Source: Takakia lepidozioides (taxonomy: Eukaryota > Plantae > Bryophyta). Taken from it: 64,000 bases of DNA. The stretch spans positions 61,442,001 to 61,506,000 of the forward strand of contig CM060731.1 of NCBI GenBank assembly GCA_030704615.1, read 5' to 3'. How positions within the stretch are numbered: the first letter of the stretch is position 1; every line of letters begins with the position of its first letter. Of the stretch, positions 36,101-49,100 are shown piece after piece. The notes under the pieces are model-generated. The model worked only from the letters and a program-made list of their open reading frames with translations. It was not told where the DNA came from and did not search any database. Both the position numbers and the translations under genes were made by a program.

Positions 36101-38015
36101 ACCTTAAGTCAAGTCTTTTTGAGCAGCTAGGGCTACGCGTTGCTCCGCACTATTAGTGACGATTGAGAGCAACGTTCATTTGATTGGAAATATATTTTAT
36201 GCAAAAAGAAATTAGGAACAATGTAAAAATATAACATAGGCATATGATCTAATGGTACTTTTGGAGATCAGCCTATCGTTATGTTAGAGATCTTAGACAT
36301 GAACTTCATACATTATTTCTCTAATTTATGCGTTGTTTTGTCTGTTTATAATAATAATATTTTGGGTGTGTTTTTTTGTTTTTTTGAGACAGGGGCAGTG
36401 GCCCTCGATGGAAACTTTATTGACGAATTATTTGAAGGGAAAAAAATTAAAACCCTTGATTGCCTTTAGGCTGCCATAAGGCTTTTCGCACGGATGCCAT
36501 GGTAGATAACCGAGATCCATACTTCCTAGACTTGTAACACCATAAGAAGACCGAGGTCTTGATCAGGCTTGCTGCCTAAATTAACTGAGCCCTTCCTAGG
36601 GGAAGTGTACCCATCTTAGACGGTGAATAAACGACTAAGACTGAAGTGTTCGACAAACAAGCTGCCTATTTTGGGTGTATTTTGAACGCTGTTGATATTC
36701 AATCTATTTTCACTATGATTTTTTCAAATATATATTATTTTAAACTATACACAAGAGAGAAAATTCAGTAGTAAGAGTTTTAAGATTTTATTAGCGATTT
36801 TAATATTATTATATTTATATCTATTATCTTAAAATATTACTAAATTGAACATCCTTACCACGAAATCAAAGTAATATTTGGAAGTGCTACAACATTTGCT
36901 TTGAATATCTATATATGAGGAAACAAAAGAACAAAAGAAAGAACAAAAGAAATATTAGAGCAGATTTGACAAAAATGATTTTAATAATTAGTTTATTTTT
37001 TCTGGGGCAATTTGGGCAGATTCAAGAATGTACGTTGATGATGTGGCATCCGAAACGTGGCGACCATGATGTGTTAGAGATGATGTCCTTTTTACAATTG
37101 ATGCAGTCCAGGCAGCTTGAAATAAAATGATGACGATGATGTGCACTATGGCACCCTATTCCCGCTCTATGCTGAAACTAGTCTCCGACCTTCAGGCAGT
37201 CGCTAGAACTATGTTCCCTTGTCACAATTGATAGAAATGTACCCAACTTCCAAACTAAAGATAGTAAACTTTCGGGATCTTGAAGAAATATTATAATTAA
37301 TGTTGAATTGAATGAAGTTCAAGTTTGATGCAATTGGTGGAGTCAACCTTCTTAGAGCGAATTATATCTAATAGAGTAGTAGTACTATTATGGTAACACA
37401 ATTCATTATGATGGAACAAGTGTAGGTTCGAATGTTTAGAAATTTGGCACTAGAGAGTACGGAGGTTTTTGTTTTCCGATATCCTGCTTCTTTCTATTTA
37501 AGTAACGTCGGACAACATACTAGGCACCTATGATACATGTCAATGCCAGTAATTTCTTATTTAGTTTTTGTTTTAAATCCAATGGATTTTGAATGATCAA
37601 ATGTGAAAATTATTATTTTAAATTGGAACCACCAAAGTTGACAATAACTTACGATATATTTTGCCCCAAATGACTACTGTTTCTTGTTTGGAAGACGATA
37701 ACTTTGTATTGGTTTTAACTAGTGTTGGCCGGGTATGGATGGTTGACACGGCTATCAAGTAGGTAAATTACCATGCTTGATACCCTAACTGTCGGGTAGG
37801 AAGTTTAGGATACACCCCATACCCGCCACTGTCCCAATAGGTCTTGGCACAGTAGGTCTTGGCAATATTACGATTGAGAGCCACATGGGGTTGTCTTTAC
37901 AGTGACTCACCACAATATCAACTTCAATGAGTGCACTTGTAGGGCATGGGAGGTAGGTGAGCTACTTGAACAACTATGGCGGCATATCCACATTGTCAAT
38001 TTTATTACTTCACTT

Positions 38016-38312
38016 CAGGGTGTTGGGAGGTTCTTTGATTCAGCTACAAACCTCGGAGGTTATCAAGAAGGTTATATGTATATATAACCATGGTTCTAAA
38101 AAAAATAAAAATCGGCAAAGGCTCATAACCGCCGGTTACTTAGTTTTGAGATTACTAGCATGAAAACCGTCAAAGATCCGCTGGTTATTTGATGAAAACC
38201 GCCATTTCTCTGAGGTTCATACAATTAACCGGAACCGGTGGTTCTTTCCATAAAAAATTTATAAACCGGAATTGGAGGTTATGAAAGAAATCAAATAACC
38301 GCCCAACACTAG
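38016..38312. mobile_element. MITE with ~24-bp TIRs and AACCGG subrepeats (hAT-like, non-autonomous)
   Basis: CAGGGTGTTGGGAGGTTCTTTGATT versus AATCAAATAACCGCCCAACACTAG. Related right-end fragments at ~12851-12940 and ~16455-16572. No 8-bp TSD seen, so the superfamily is tentative. Confidence 0.65.
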
Positions 38313-38478
38313 TTTTAACCATGGAATTGTGTCGCCCCAACCAACCTCCCCCAAGGATTTTAAAGTCGCATATACTCGCACATCAAAGTAACATTATTAT
38401 AGCATCACAACTATAATTACCAATAAACTCAAACTAGAAAATAACCAACCAACATACTAGATATATATTTTTTCTAAC

Positions 38479-38642
38479 AACCAAGTTGTGGCTCAGTGGT
38501 AATGGGCACACACCACCGTGACCTTGAAAGTGTGTGGGGTCAATCCGCTGATTGGTGTCACAAGGGTGTCAATGTCTCCACATCTTTGGTATGCGGCAGA
38601 AGCCCTTTGAGATCAAGAGACACCATATCTTACCCTTCTTTC
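38479..38642 (+). mobile_element. tRNA-derived SINE-like repeat, family 1
   Basis: AACCAAGTTGTGGCTCAGTGGTAATGGGCACA... with degenerate B-box GGTCAATCC. Body colinear with the 35945-36100 copy. Confidence 0.6.
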
Positions 38643-40181
38643 GGAAGGAATCATACTTTACTTTATATAGTTTCTAAGGAGAGAACCCACTCCCTAAACA
38701 AGGGAGGTTGGGTAGCATGTGAGCACAAGGGCATGTTCTCTGAATTGCTCCGATATTCGGAGAATATTCTACAGCGAAACAATAGTTCCCGAAACGCATA
38801 AACCTGTGAAACTCTCTCCAGCAGTTCACATGAGCACTAGTTACAACAATAACCCCTATACCTATACCTGATAAACATGTTACCCTATCAGCATGGATTT
38901 TCCTGACATTGTGCTCACACGATACCATATCCTTTTCATAGTAGGCGCAAGAGTGGGTGGTAAGACTTCAAGTCACATTTAAGGTCCTTGCCCATGGATA
39001 ATTTCGCAAGACGAAACTCTGACCCTTGAAACTTTTTTTACATTTTGAGGTATACTTTCTCGAGGAAAAATTGAAACAATATAGGGTTTATTCTCCAGAT
39101 ACCTGAAGAGATTTCCATTGAATATGCCTGCATAGAATATGTTCGAACATAGCTTAAGGGGCAGTAGCCGCAAAGCAAGGTGACTCTTAGTTACGCCGGC
39201 TTTGGTCAGAGTTTTCTTCTTCTCTTCTTCTTCTGTTGATAGATATATCCTAAACCCTAATATTCTTTCTCATGATATTGAACATAAATATCAAAACATG
39301 TATATTAGGCAAAGACTACCCAGATATTGGGCATTGGCGTCTGATTTTGGATGTGGGATTTTGGATAAAAAGTTTGGATTTAAGCTATATCACTAATGGT
39401 TTCTCAATGCGAAACCCACCCTTGCTTGTGCTTGTGGCTATATCACCAAATGTTTCTCAATGCAAAATTCACTGCTGCTGCCATAGTTTTAGGGTTGTCG
39501 GTTATACTACTTAAGGTTTCGCGTCGCGAAACTTTGGTTGAATTAGAGTTTATATATGGTGTGTTTGTTTTGCATTGAAGGTGAACATTAAAAATATTTT
39601 AATATTAAAATAATTCTTTAAGTGTTTATTTGCAAGTGATTATCTAGTGTGTATTCAATGTTCATAAATGTATAGATAGGCCATGTAGTTTATCGAAATT
39701 GATGCACTTGAATCCTATAAATGCACAGTCTTCTATACGTGCTTATGGTTTGTTTTTTGTTTTGAAAACATATAACTCCTATGATCACCAAGGTTAAAAA
39801 AACATAAAACCCCCATGACAGTGGGTTGTGCTCACGCCGTGCTCATGTGAGCGTGGTCATGCCGTGCTCACACGATACCAACCCCCACGCAGGGAAAGGC
39901 CGAGCGTGTCGGGCCTTCATGGATTTTTGGGCCCTTCCCTTCGGGCTGCTGCCCTCGGCTTTTCAAACCCTTAAATCCAAGAAGGCCCTCCACTCAGGGC
40001 CTTCCCCAACACATTGCCTTCCGCAACACATTTCGTTTCCTTTAGGAGGCGTGATGTTTTCTTTCTTTACTACGCGCCCCAAACCGTAGGGCTCCATGGC
40101 AAGGGGCTCATACCTATGAAGCACCTGGCCTATTTCTCAGTTAAATTACCCTACACATTTTGGATGCTTCCTCCCGGAACA

Positions 40182-41019
40182 CACTAGACATAGGATGGGA
40201 GTTGAACGCACGCGTTCGAGATAACCGGTACGGTCGCAAGGGGTTGCCGGACGCCCTTGGCGGGGCCCACAATCAAATCCCCACCAGCTCAGCCTCACCA
40301 TTGTGCCTGTATTTATGGAATAAAATATTAAAATTTTCCATTCATTGCAAAGCAACGGTGAGTAGCTGATGCATTGATTAGTATTATTGAGGTGTGGGGT
40401 CCTAACCCCGGCTAGGGTACGATTCAATTGAAATGTTCAATGAATTAAGAAAGTTAAGACAAATCTTTTGTATCTCCAAAATTATTCGAAGTCCTTGAAG
40501 CAGATCTCCCCTGTTCCCCTTCCCCGCTCCTCCGTTCCCACATATGTACTGCTCTCCTGTTGTGCTCCCTTGTTACTGCCTCCACTCCTCCGTGTTTGTG
40601 ACTGCTCCCCGCTATTGTGCTCCTTTGTTTTATTGCCCTCACTCCCCCGCTCTCTCGCGTGCTCCCCTGTTACTGCTCCCCCGTTCCCCCGTGTTGTTAC
40701 CGCTCACCCGTGTTCGTGCTCCCCTGCCACTCCTCCGGCGACACAGGGGAGCATAATAATAGGGGAGAAGTAACAGGAAGTGTAAACGCATGGGAGCAAT
40801 AACAAGGGAACATGAGAGCGACGTTGCAGGAACAAGGGAGCAAAGGCATGGGAACATGGAGTGGAACGTGGGCTTCGGGAAAGGGCGTGAAGCACAATGG
40901 AACCACTCGACTGGAAAGGGTGGGGATTTGACTGCGGGCCCACGTGGGGCCTCTCCGGCTAACTCAGGTGATCGGCAAGGCTTGCATGCGCGCATTCAAC
41001 TCCCATCCTATGTCTAGTG
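40182..41019. mobile_element. Non-autonomous TIR element with CACTA...TAGTG termini
   Basis: CACTAGACATAGGATGGGAGTTGAA (40182) and its exact reverse complement TTCAACTCCCATCCTATGTCTAGTG (ends 41019). Internal TGCTCCCC(T)GTTAC subrepeats (~40510-40730) are followed by their inverted form (~40743-40860). The 3-bp TSD does not match (ACA vs TAG). Confidence 0.8.
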
Positions 41020-43123
41020 TAGCATTTCTTTTAAGGTATTTACATTGTAGTCATTGTAGCACAAGTGTCATCCATGAGAACCTTAGAGGAGCACGAATGG
41101 CGCTTGTACAAAACACATAGTCGAAATTGCTGGCGATAATATGAGATTTTGAATGGGTGTTGGGCGAATGAACCTAAAACCTAGTAGACTTGCTGAGGCG
41201 AATAACCCAGAATTGACATAGCAAATCTGAGGCTCTCAACATGGAGACTAGGCTGGCAAATACCACCAAAAAAAATGAATAAGTGACATTTTCATTCTGT
41301 TTTTGTAAACCTCTGCCACCCTTTTGATTATCATCCTCCTCTACAGTCACCCTTTTGCCCTCCTCCGCGGCCACCTTTTTCATATTTAGGAACTTTATCA
41401 TCCAAACCAGGTTGCTATCGAAAAAATACTGAGGTGTTAAGAATTGTACACCAAGTCAAATGGCTACCTAGGGAGTTTTCTACAGCTAAGCTTCCCATAT
41501 ACATGTTGCTAATTTTCCACTACAAAGTGTATCTATATAGACTATACTTACCAATATATATACACATATATATATATATGTGACAAAATGGGCAGCATAG
41601 CTGGCTCCACGTCCTCCCACCAACTCGAAACAGGGCGATGTCTTGTTGGTGGTCGGTGGGATCTTTGGCTCCTCTATTGTAAATTGCCTTCATTCAATAT
41701 GGCCCTATGTGCCCCCCTCCTACTGCCCCTCTGGCGAATGGTGGACCCACCAATCAGATTTTGGCGAAAAGTTTGCATTTTTCAGCCTCATTTCCCTTTG
41801 CCCCTGTCCGCCATGTCCGCCAAGACGTGGCGAGGTCGAAATCTGGCGATTATTCGCCACTAAAAGAATGGCCGGTCTAGTGCTTTCTGCAAATCCTTTC
41901 CGCTAGTTAATGTGAGCACTAGATGACGTGGCACTTGGAATTTCTAACCTAAAATGAAGACCATCTGGAGCGTTGGATGTGGAAAGCGAATTAGCCATTC
42001 AAAAGCCATCCCGCGCTTTCCTGTATGCTTGCTGCACAAGGCTGCCTTTGGGAGAGAGAGAGGAGATGAGCAATCTGCTGCATGGCATGATCGGACACTT
42101 CATACCCATTGCCTCGTCTGGAATTGCAAGGGGGAAGGTTTGTGATTCATCTACATGCATGCAAAAAACGCATGTGCAAACTGTGAGATAGGGGGATGCA
42201 ATCTGTGAGTATGTTCATCGGGAAGAGATGGGAGTTTGAGAATTTGGTCCGATGCCTACGACATGAGTTGTGCAGTATGTTAGCATTGAGTACAGATTCT
42301 TACTTGCAATCGCTCAATCCGCTCAGCTGCAACAATATGACAACTTCTGCTTGGATAGTGACTGAAATGAGAAGCTGCATGATTTGATGGGCCTGGTATG
42401 AGTTATTAGTTATTACGTGGCCTAGCCCACCCGATTCGGGCGGTGACAAATTCCTGTAGCCGGGACAAACAACTGTGTCTGCCTATCTCAGCACTTGTTT
42501 CATCTGGCTGCATTGTAGCCTTTCATTCTCTGGTTGTAGGAGCGAATGTGATTGTATAATGGGTTTGCGATTGAACAAGCATCCATCATGTGACAGTAGC
42601 TGGTTCTGTCATGGTAAGATTGCTCCCTTTGCACCTGGTAGGGTTTTTAAAACGTTTGAAGCCTTCGGAGGCATCATGAGCACCGTGCAATTGCCAAAAC
42701 GAAGCGACACTTGCGACACTTTCTTAACTTCAAAACTTCTGGCAACCTGTCAGCTCGGCGGTCTGGAAATTTAACCCCCGCTGGTTTCCCCTACTTTTGG
42801 TTGAAACTAATTTTTTTCCGGTCTGTGATATGTGTTGTCTACATGCAAGAGTTAGTCCAGTTGTGTAGCCTCATTTCCTAAACCTTGCGCAATAATTCCA
42901 CTTCAGATACGTTAATGAATATGCGACACATGAAGGAAAATGCTGTTTTGTATCATGTTTGTGTCTTCTACCATCCCGCGGGGAAGAACTGGGTCTCAGG
43001 AGTGGAGAGTTGATGCAGAGAGGAGGCCGGGCCGAATGGACGAGCTGATTCGAATGAACAGATTGACTTGAGGTGGTACAGGGATCCTGAAGCAATATGT
43101 TAGAGACAAATTAAAGGAGAACC

Positions 43124-46100
43124 ATGCCCACATACACACTTGGCGGGATAACTGTTCAATTTCCACACGATGCCTATGACTGTCAGCTTGTGTACATGGA
43201 GCGCGTCATCTGCGCCCTTAAGCAGGTAACCTCACTCGGAGAGAGAAGAGAGAAATGGAACGAAATGAAATGAAGCATTCACAGAAATCTCAAAAGAAAG
43301 CAGGGTACAAGAAACACTATCTATTTTGTCCACATTTTTCACAATTCTCTCATCGATGTTGTAGAGCTTCACTAGTTCTCCACAATACATGAAGCCTGGT
43401 CTACTATTGAGAGTGGTTACCGGATGTGGTAGCCTTTTAAAAGACCTTCTTCAGTGTGCACATTTCTAGTCACTGTCTTTCTTTTCTCCAGGGCCGCAAC
43501 GCACTGCTGGAGAGTCCCACAGGGACAGGCAAGACATTGTGCCTTCTGTGTGCGACACTGGCTTGGCGTGACAGCCTTGCTTCATCTGCTCAGTCTGGAA
43601 CGCAGTCTACACAACAGGCTGGGAGAGCTGGCAGCAGTAAGCCTGAGTTCAATCAACTCCATCCCGATTCTTCATTGGAGTTATTGAATCCACGTTTACC
43701 AACCATTGTGTATTCATCCCGCACGCACAGCCAGCTCCAACAAGTTATTCGAGAGCTGAAAGCTACTGTGTACAGGTCTGTCAAATAATGTTCCATAGGA
43801 GCTTCATCCAGATTCAACTTAGGTCTACACATGGGTCAAGCCTCAAAAGTGCTTTTTATCAAGTCAAATTGCCAATGCCTACACATCTTTTTGGAACCAG
43901 ATTTTTGTCAGTGCGTGGACTAGCAAGGTAGTCACTATGTTGTGTTTCTGTAACTAGGGACGACAGTTGTAGTCTTTGCTAACTTGGTTGCTGGGACATG
44001 CTGTTAATCTCTCTTCCTTCCAGATTTAGTGGCTGCTTCCCTGACAGCTATGATGTACTGTCCAGGCCAAAGATGGTGGTGCTTGGTTCCAGGGAGCAAA
44101 TGTGTATACACAGTGAGGTACAAAGCATACGTGGAAGGGCTCAAAACCATGCCTGCCGTTCTCTTACTAAGGGCCGCTCTTGTGCTCACTATAACCGTGT
44201 GGCTGGTATGTACAATGTGCACCATTCCCCCAGTCTCTTATTACCTTTTGGCAGAAGAGTGACAAATGAATACGACAGACTCGTTCATTAGGTCTATCAG
44301 GTCATTGCATTGTACATTCTTTGTGTACATTCCAGATTCCTTGTACTTACATGCTGCTAAGGAGCGATATGGTATACAGCCATGCATTTTGAATGAAACA
44401 AATGAAATGAAATGAAATGAGATGGTAATGTCCACGGAAAGCTCAAAGAGCTTATAGGACAAAATGAAAACATGAGAGAGGAAACAAAACCAGAGCCAAA
44501 AAAAGCAGCCCAAAAGCCTACTGCTTGAGGGATTGTCTAAGGGTCAAGGCCTCTTGCAGGTAAGCTGCCAAGCATTTCTGATCCTCATAGTGGAAGACTT
44601 CAGTGAGAGATTGAGTTCCGCGGAATAGACAGTGGAGTCTCCCACGGATCTTGTAATACAGAGGGCAATAAAAGAAGAAGTGTTCTTCAGTTTCAATTTC
44701 CTGGTTGCGCCCAGTGCAAGCAAGGACAGAAGGCCAAGATGGTGATCAAGTCTATGTGCAAAATAAGTTGATGGTGAAAGGTGTAGTGATAGACTAGCAT
44801 TTATTACATCTAGTGGAAGCCTGGGGACCCAAACCAGAACAGATGATTAGCCTGAGGAAATTTCTTGGTAGGTCACTGGTATTGTCGCTTGCCTAAATGG
44901 ATGCAGGTCTTTGGGTGCAGACTATGTAAAGGCCCATCCAAATCTTGGGGAGGAACCCATAGATATCGAGGATCTGGTCACCATTGGCAGGACTGAAGGC
45001 CCGTAAGTATGCCAACTTCTCTAACAAGATGTGGCGATACATATCCATAACTGGTTTCCCTGATGTTGAACATGACTGTTTGACAACGTTCTTGCTTTGA
45101 GGTCCGTCGCTGGAGACAGTCCTTGGCTGTCACAAACATGTGAATAGAGTGGGGTCCACAGCCATGTAGTGGGCTCCCTCCAGTAGTGGGTTCACGACTT
45201 TGGGCATTGTTTTCAAAGAGGTTTTCTAGATAGAAAGACTAGCCTTTACAAATGCAGACAGAAATGTTTGGCTATCCTTGTGCCGTGCCCGTAGAACATG
45301 TGGGTTCCCTTTCCCCAGCTTGGTGGTATGGACAAAGGCAACCTGTTCCTTCTTTGAACTTTTGTTTATGGCCCGGCCCTCTAGCCATTCCTTGGCTTCA
45401 TCAGCAGCTGTGAAGTTGTCCGTCATGAGAAGGGTCCAATTTACTGATTGATTGTTGTCGAATTTTGTAGCATAGAAGTACTTCTTGCAATTATATGCAA
45501 GTGTGTTTTTGCTCATCAAATCATGTGTTATGAATGCTTCTGGGCAGGTGTCCATACTTTCTCTCACGTGAGCTACACAACACAGCTGATATTCTATTTG
45601 TGCCATACAACTATTTGATTGAGAAAGAGAATCGCCGCTCTCTTAGTGGCATCTCATGGGCCAATACCATCCTCATATTTGACGAGGCTCACAATCTGGC
45701 AAGATCCCTAACATTGCTGCATTTGAATTTGGACTACATTTTTATGACAAGGACTTGGGATTACTACAACTTGGAAAGTACTGTCCTGAGCTTTACTGAC
45801 CATCCTTAGAGAGGCCCACACTCATGCAACACCTGCACATCCAAAAAACAATTAGCTGACTTGCCTCAAACAGATATATTTACTTATAAGTGCATGCTTT
45901 ATCATGTTGCAGCCTTCAGACAGTACCTTTGGTGGAATGGTTTGGAGAAGCTGCTATATGTTTGCATTATCCGTACCATCTCTGGAACAATTGAAGGAAA
46001 CGATTAAATAGTCACAATGTCTGAATCAAATGGAGGACTGCCATCTTCCTTGCAGGAAGGCATTTGCGCTGATGCGGCATCCTTTGATTTACCAGCTGCC

Positions 46101-49100
46101 CATCTTACAGCTTGCATTGGAGAAGCAAAGCAGTGCGTGGATCTGGCTCTTGCACGCAGGGGCAGTGACAATGCCGCTGATACATCTATAGACCCTGACA
46201 ACTTTGCTGTCCTCAAAGGTATATTAGTGTTGCCATCACAAAAAAATTCTTATTTAGAAATTTCATGGCAGACCAATTCATAAAATTGCTGTGACCAGGT
46301 GTCTCTTTAAGTGAGCCCCACTACATTGGTTAGTAACTTGGATGATGACACGATTTATTTCTTGGTTTCTGAATGGTCTTAGACAACATGAGTAGTCACA
46401 CATTTATTGAACTTGTCTTCAACTGATGAGTAGTCTGGTAGGCCTTCAGGGCTTGCATGTGCTAACTCTTTGACTTCGTATTTGAGCTGCAGCACTTCTG
46501 ATGGAGCTGCAGAAAAAGATCAGCGAAATACCCATTGATTCAAGTGACCTTGGCTTCACACGGCCCGGCCCATATATCTACGAATTTCTAGCGGACATGA
46601 AAATCACGTATGAGACAGTCACCATGCTCATTGATACCATCGATCAAGCCACCACCCTTCTTGAGGATGGTGAGCCCTTGATGAGCCCATATTGGTCATT
46701 TCAGCCTAGAACTTGAAATTGAGTAGAAGCCTCGCTAGACGTAGTTGCCTACCTGTTTGACAAATTTTCTCAAGCCCACAATGCCCAAAATGCATGTCCT
46801 GGTTAGGAACTGAGTCTCATCAATCTTCATGTTGTCCTCTTGTGTCAGAGGCAACTACTGGAGCAGGGGGTGGGAAACAAAGGTCCAATACAGGAACCAT
46901 GTATCGGCTGCAAGCTCTTCGGGATGCATTGCGCATTATTTTCCGGGACAATAATGTGTCGCATGCCCCCTATTATCGGGTGAGGATTGTTCAATATTAA
47001 CAAAGATAAATGGGACATTGGGTACAAAAGGTACCATTGTCCCCAACACCTAATTACTTCATACCTCTATGTTGCCTGTTGCCCATGGTATAAGTAAGTT
47101 AACGAACTTAAAGGTTGGAATCACAACTGCGTTCCTGGGAGCACAACTCATTGATGATGTTAGGAAAACCTCTTGTAACTCTTTATTGTATGGTTCCTCC
47201 TGCTTGGAAATGAGGTTGCCATTGTGAACTCTGTCCTGAACTCAATTTCCTTGCCTGTGCATCTGGCTCTGGTGGCCTAGTGTATTTGTCTGCCGCAAGA
47301 GGCATAAACATATTTGAGAAACAATTGGGCTCATCTCCTACTTGTAAATACTGTGACAATATAGCTGCTGCTTGTGTTTGACAAACAAGTATGAGCGGTT
47401 GTTGTAGGTGCATGTCCATGAGCCTAGTAACAGGGATGGGGTTAAAGGAGCTCAGAAAGGTACCAGCTTTCTCCTACAGGATGAGATAGTAACTCTCTGG
47501 TTGTCTTTGTCGGAAAACTTGATTGCTGTGGCTAGTATACATTGACTTCAGTATTCTCAGTGTACGCCATTGCTTTGGTTTTAGTGTTCAATACATATGG
47601 AGTGTGATGGTAAGGATGTCAACTGCTTCACAAATCATGTTACACTTGTAAAATGAGAGAATGAAACCGCTAACATGGGGCTGATGGAAATTTGATGGTT
47701 TGGAACTAAACAGGGGGGAAAGGGGCACGAGTTCTGAGCTGGTGGTGTTTTAATCCTGGCATTGCCATGGAGGAGTTCTCTAAAATGGGTGTGCGTTCGG
47801 TAATTCTGACATCCGGCACATTAGCCCCACTTGACTCTTTTGCCAGCGAACTGAACCTGTGCGGGCCCACACTTCTCACACTTTTACAATGAAATGGTGC
47901 ATGGCAGAAAGGCGTAGTGTCTCAATGCAATATTTTCATCATATCATGAAGAAGTTGAGCTCAATAACAGCTATTGTGGACCATATTTTATGACATGGTA
48001 CTCACTCTTACACATTCTACTGGCAGGCCTTTTCATGTGCGACTGGAGAATCCCCATGTAATTGATGCAAATCAGATTTGGGTGGGTGTAGTCTCCATGG
48101 GACCCTCAGGACGACCCCTCAACTCCTCGTACCGCACCCGTGAGTCACTTGAATACAAGCTTGAGCTTGGCAACACTATTGGTATGTTTTTGATGTTTGC
48201 CTCTCAAATAGTTGCCAAGAATGGAAATTTTCTTGTAGCACATGAGGTGCTACTGATGTGTAATCTATAGAGACCGGAGCCAATTTTCTGGCAGCTCTAG
48301 TGGAGGCTCAACAGTGAACTAGTTCTTTGAGAAGTGGTCAGCCAATGGCGGGCTACCTACATGTTTGTTGGGTTTTGATGCAAGAAGCAGAGGTCGGAAA
48401 CTTTTAAGCTTATTCATGATGTCTTTTCTGGCATATTGAACGTCATGATAACTAACTGACTGATGGTGCAGTTAATTTTGCGCGCATTGTACCTGATGGG
48501 CTTCTGGTGTTTTTCCCATCATACTATCTTCTGAACTCATGCATTGAAGCCTGGCAAACTCCGGTGAGTGTAAGTTTCGGTTGTTGTTATGGTTGATGAC
48601 CTGGTTTAGTATCTTCAAATATCTATACACGCGTACCATATTCTTGGTAGTTGTTCCAAGGGACTGGTGATTGATTTCTGAATATCTGTTGGAAGATTAA
48701 GATTTCTGCGATACATCTATTGACTAGTTGTCAAAGTTATCTGCACTAAGTTACAATCTAGCTTGCCATGTACAAGCTCCCTGAGATTTACTGTATTTCA
48801 GGGTCACTGGACCAGTCTGTGATCTAAAGTCCCATCGTTTAAAACGGCCTTGCTGTACCTTTTTCACCAAAGGGGCTTGTGGATTCTCTCGCAATAAGTC
48901 TAAGCAGGAGGGTGAATGCAGACATCTGCAGCAGTAGCCAGAATGAGCACTGTGTGGGAGCGAATCTGTAAACACAAGCAACCAGTTGTGGAGCCTCGTG
49001 AATCAGCACTTTTCAACCAGGCCAACGCGGTAAGCTTACTCACTGGACCTTTTGTTGCATTGCATCCTCTGAAAATTCCAGGGTTTTGCATTATCTGAAA

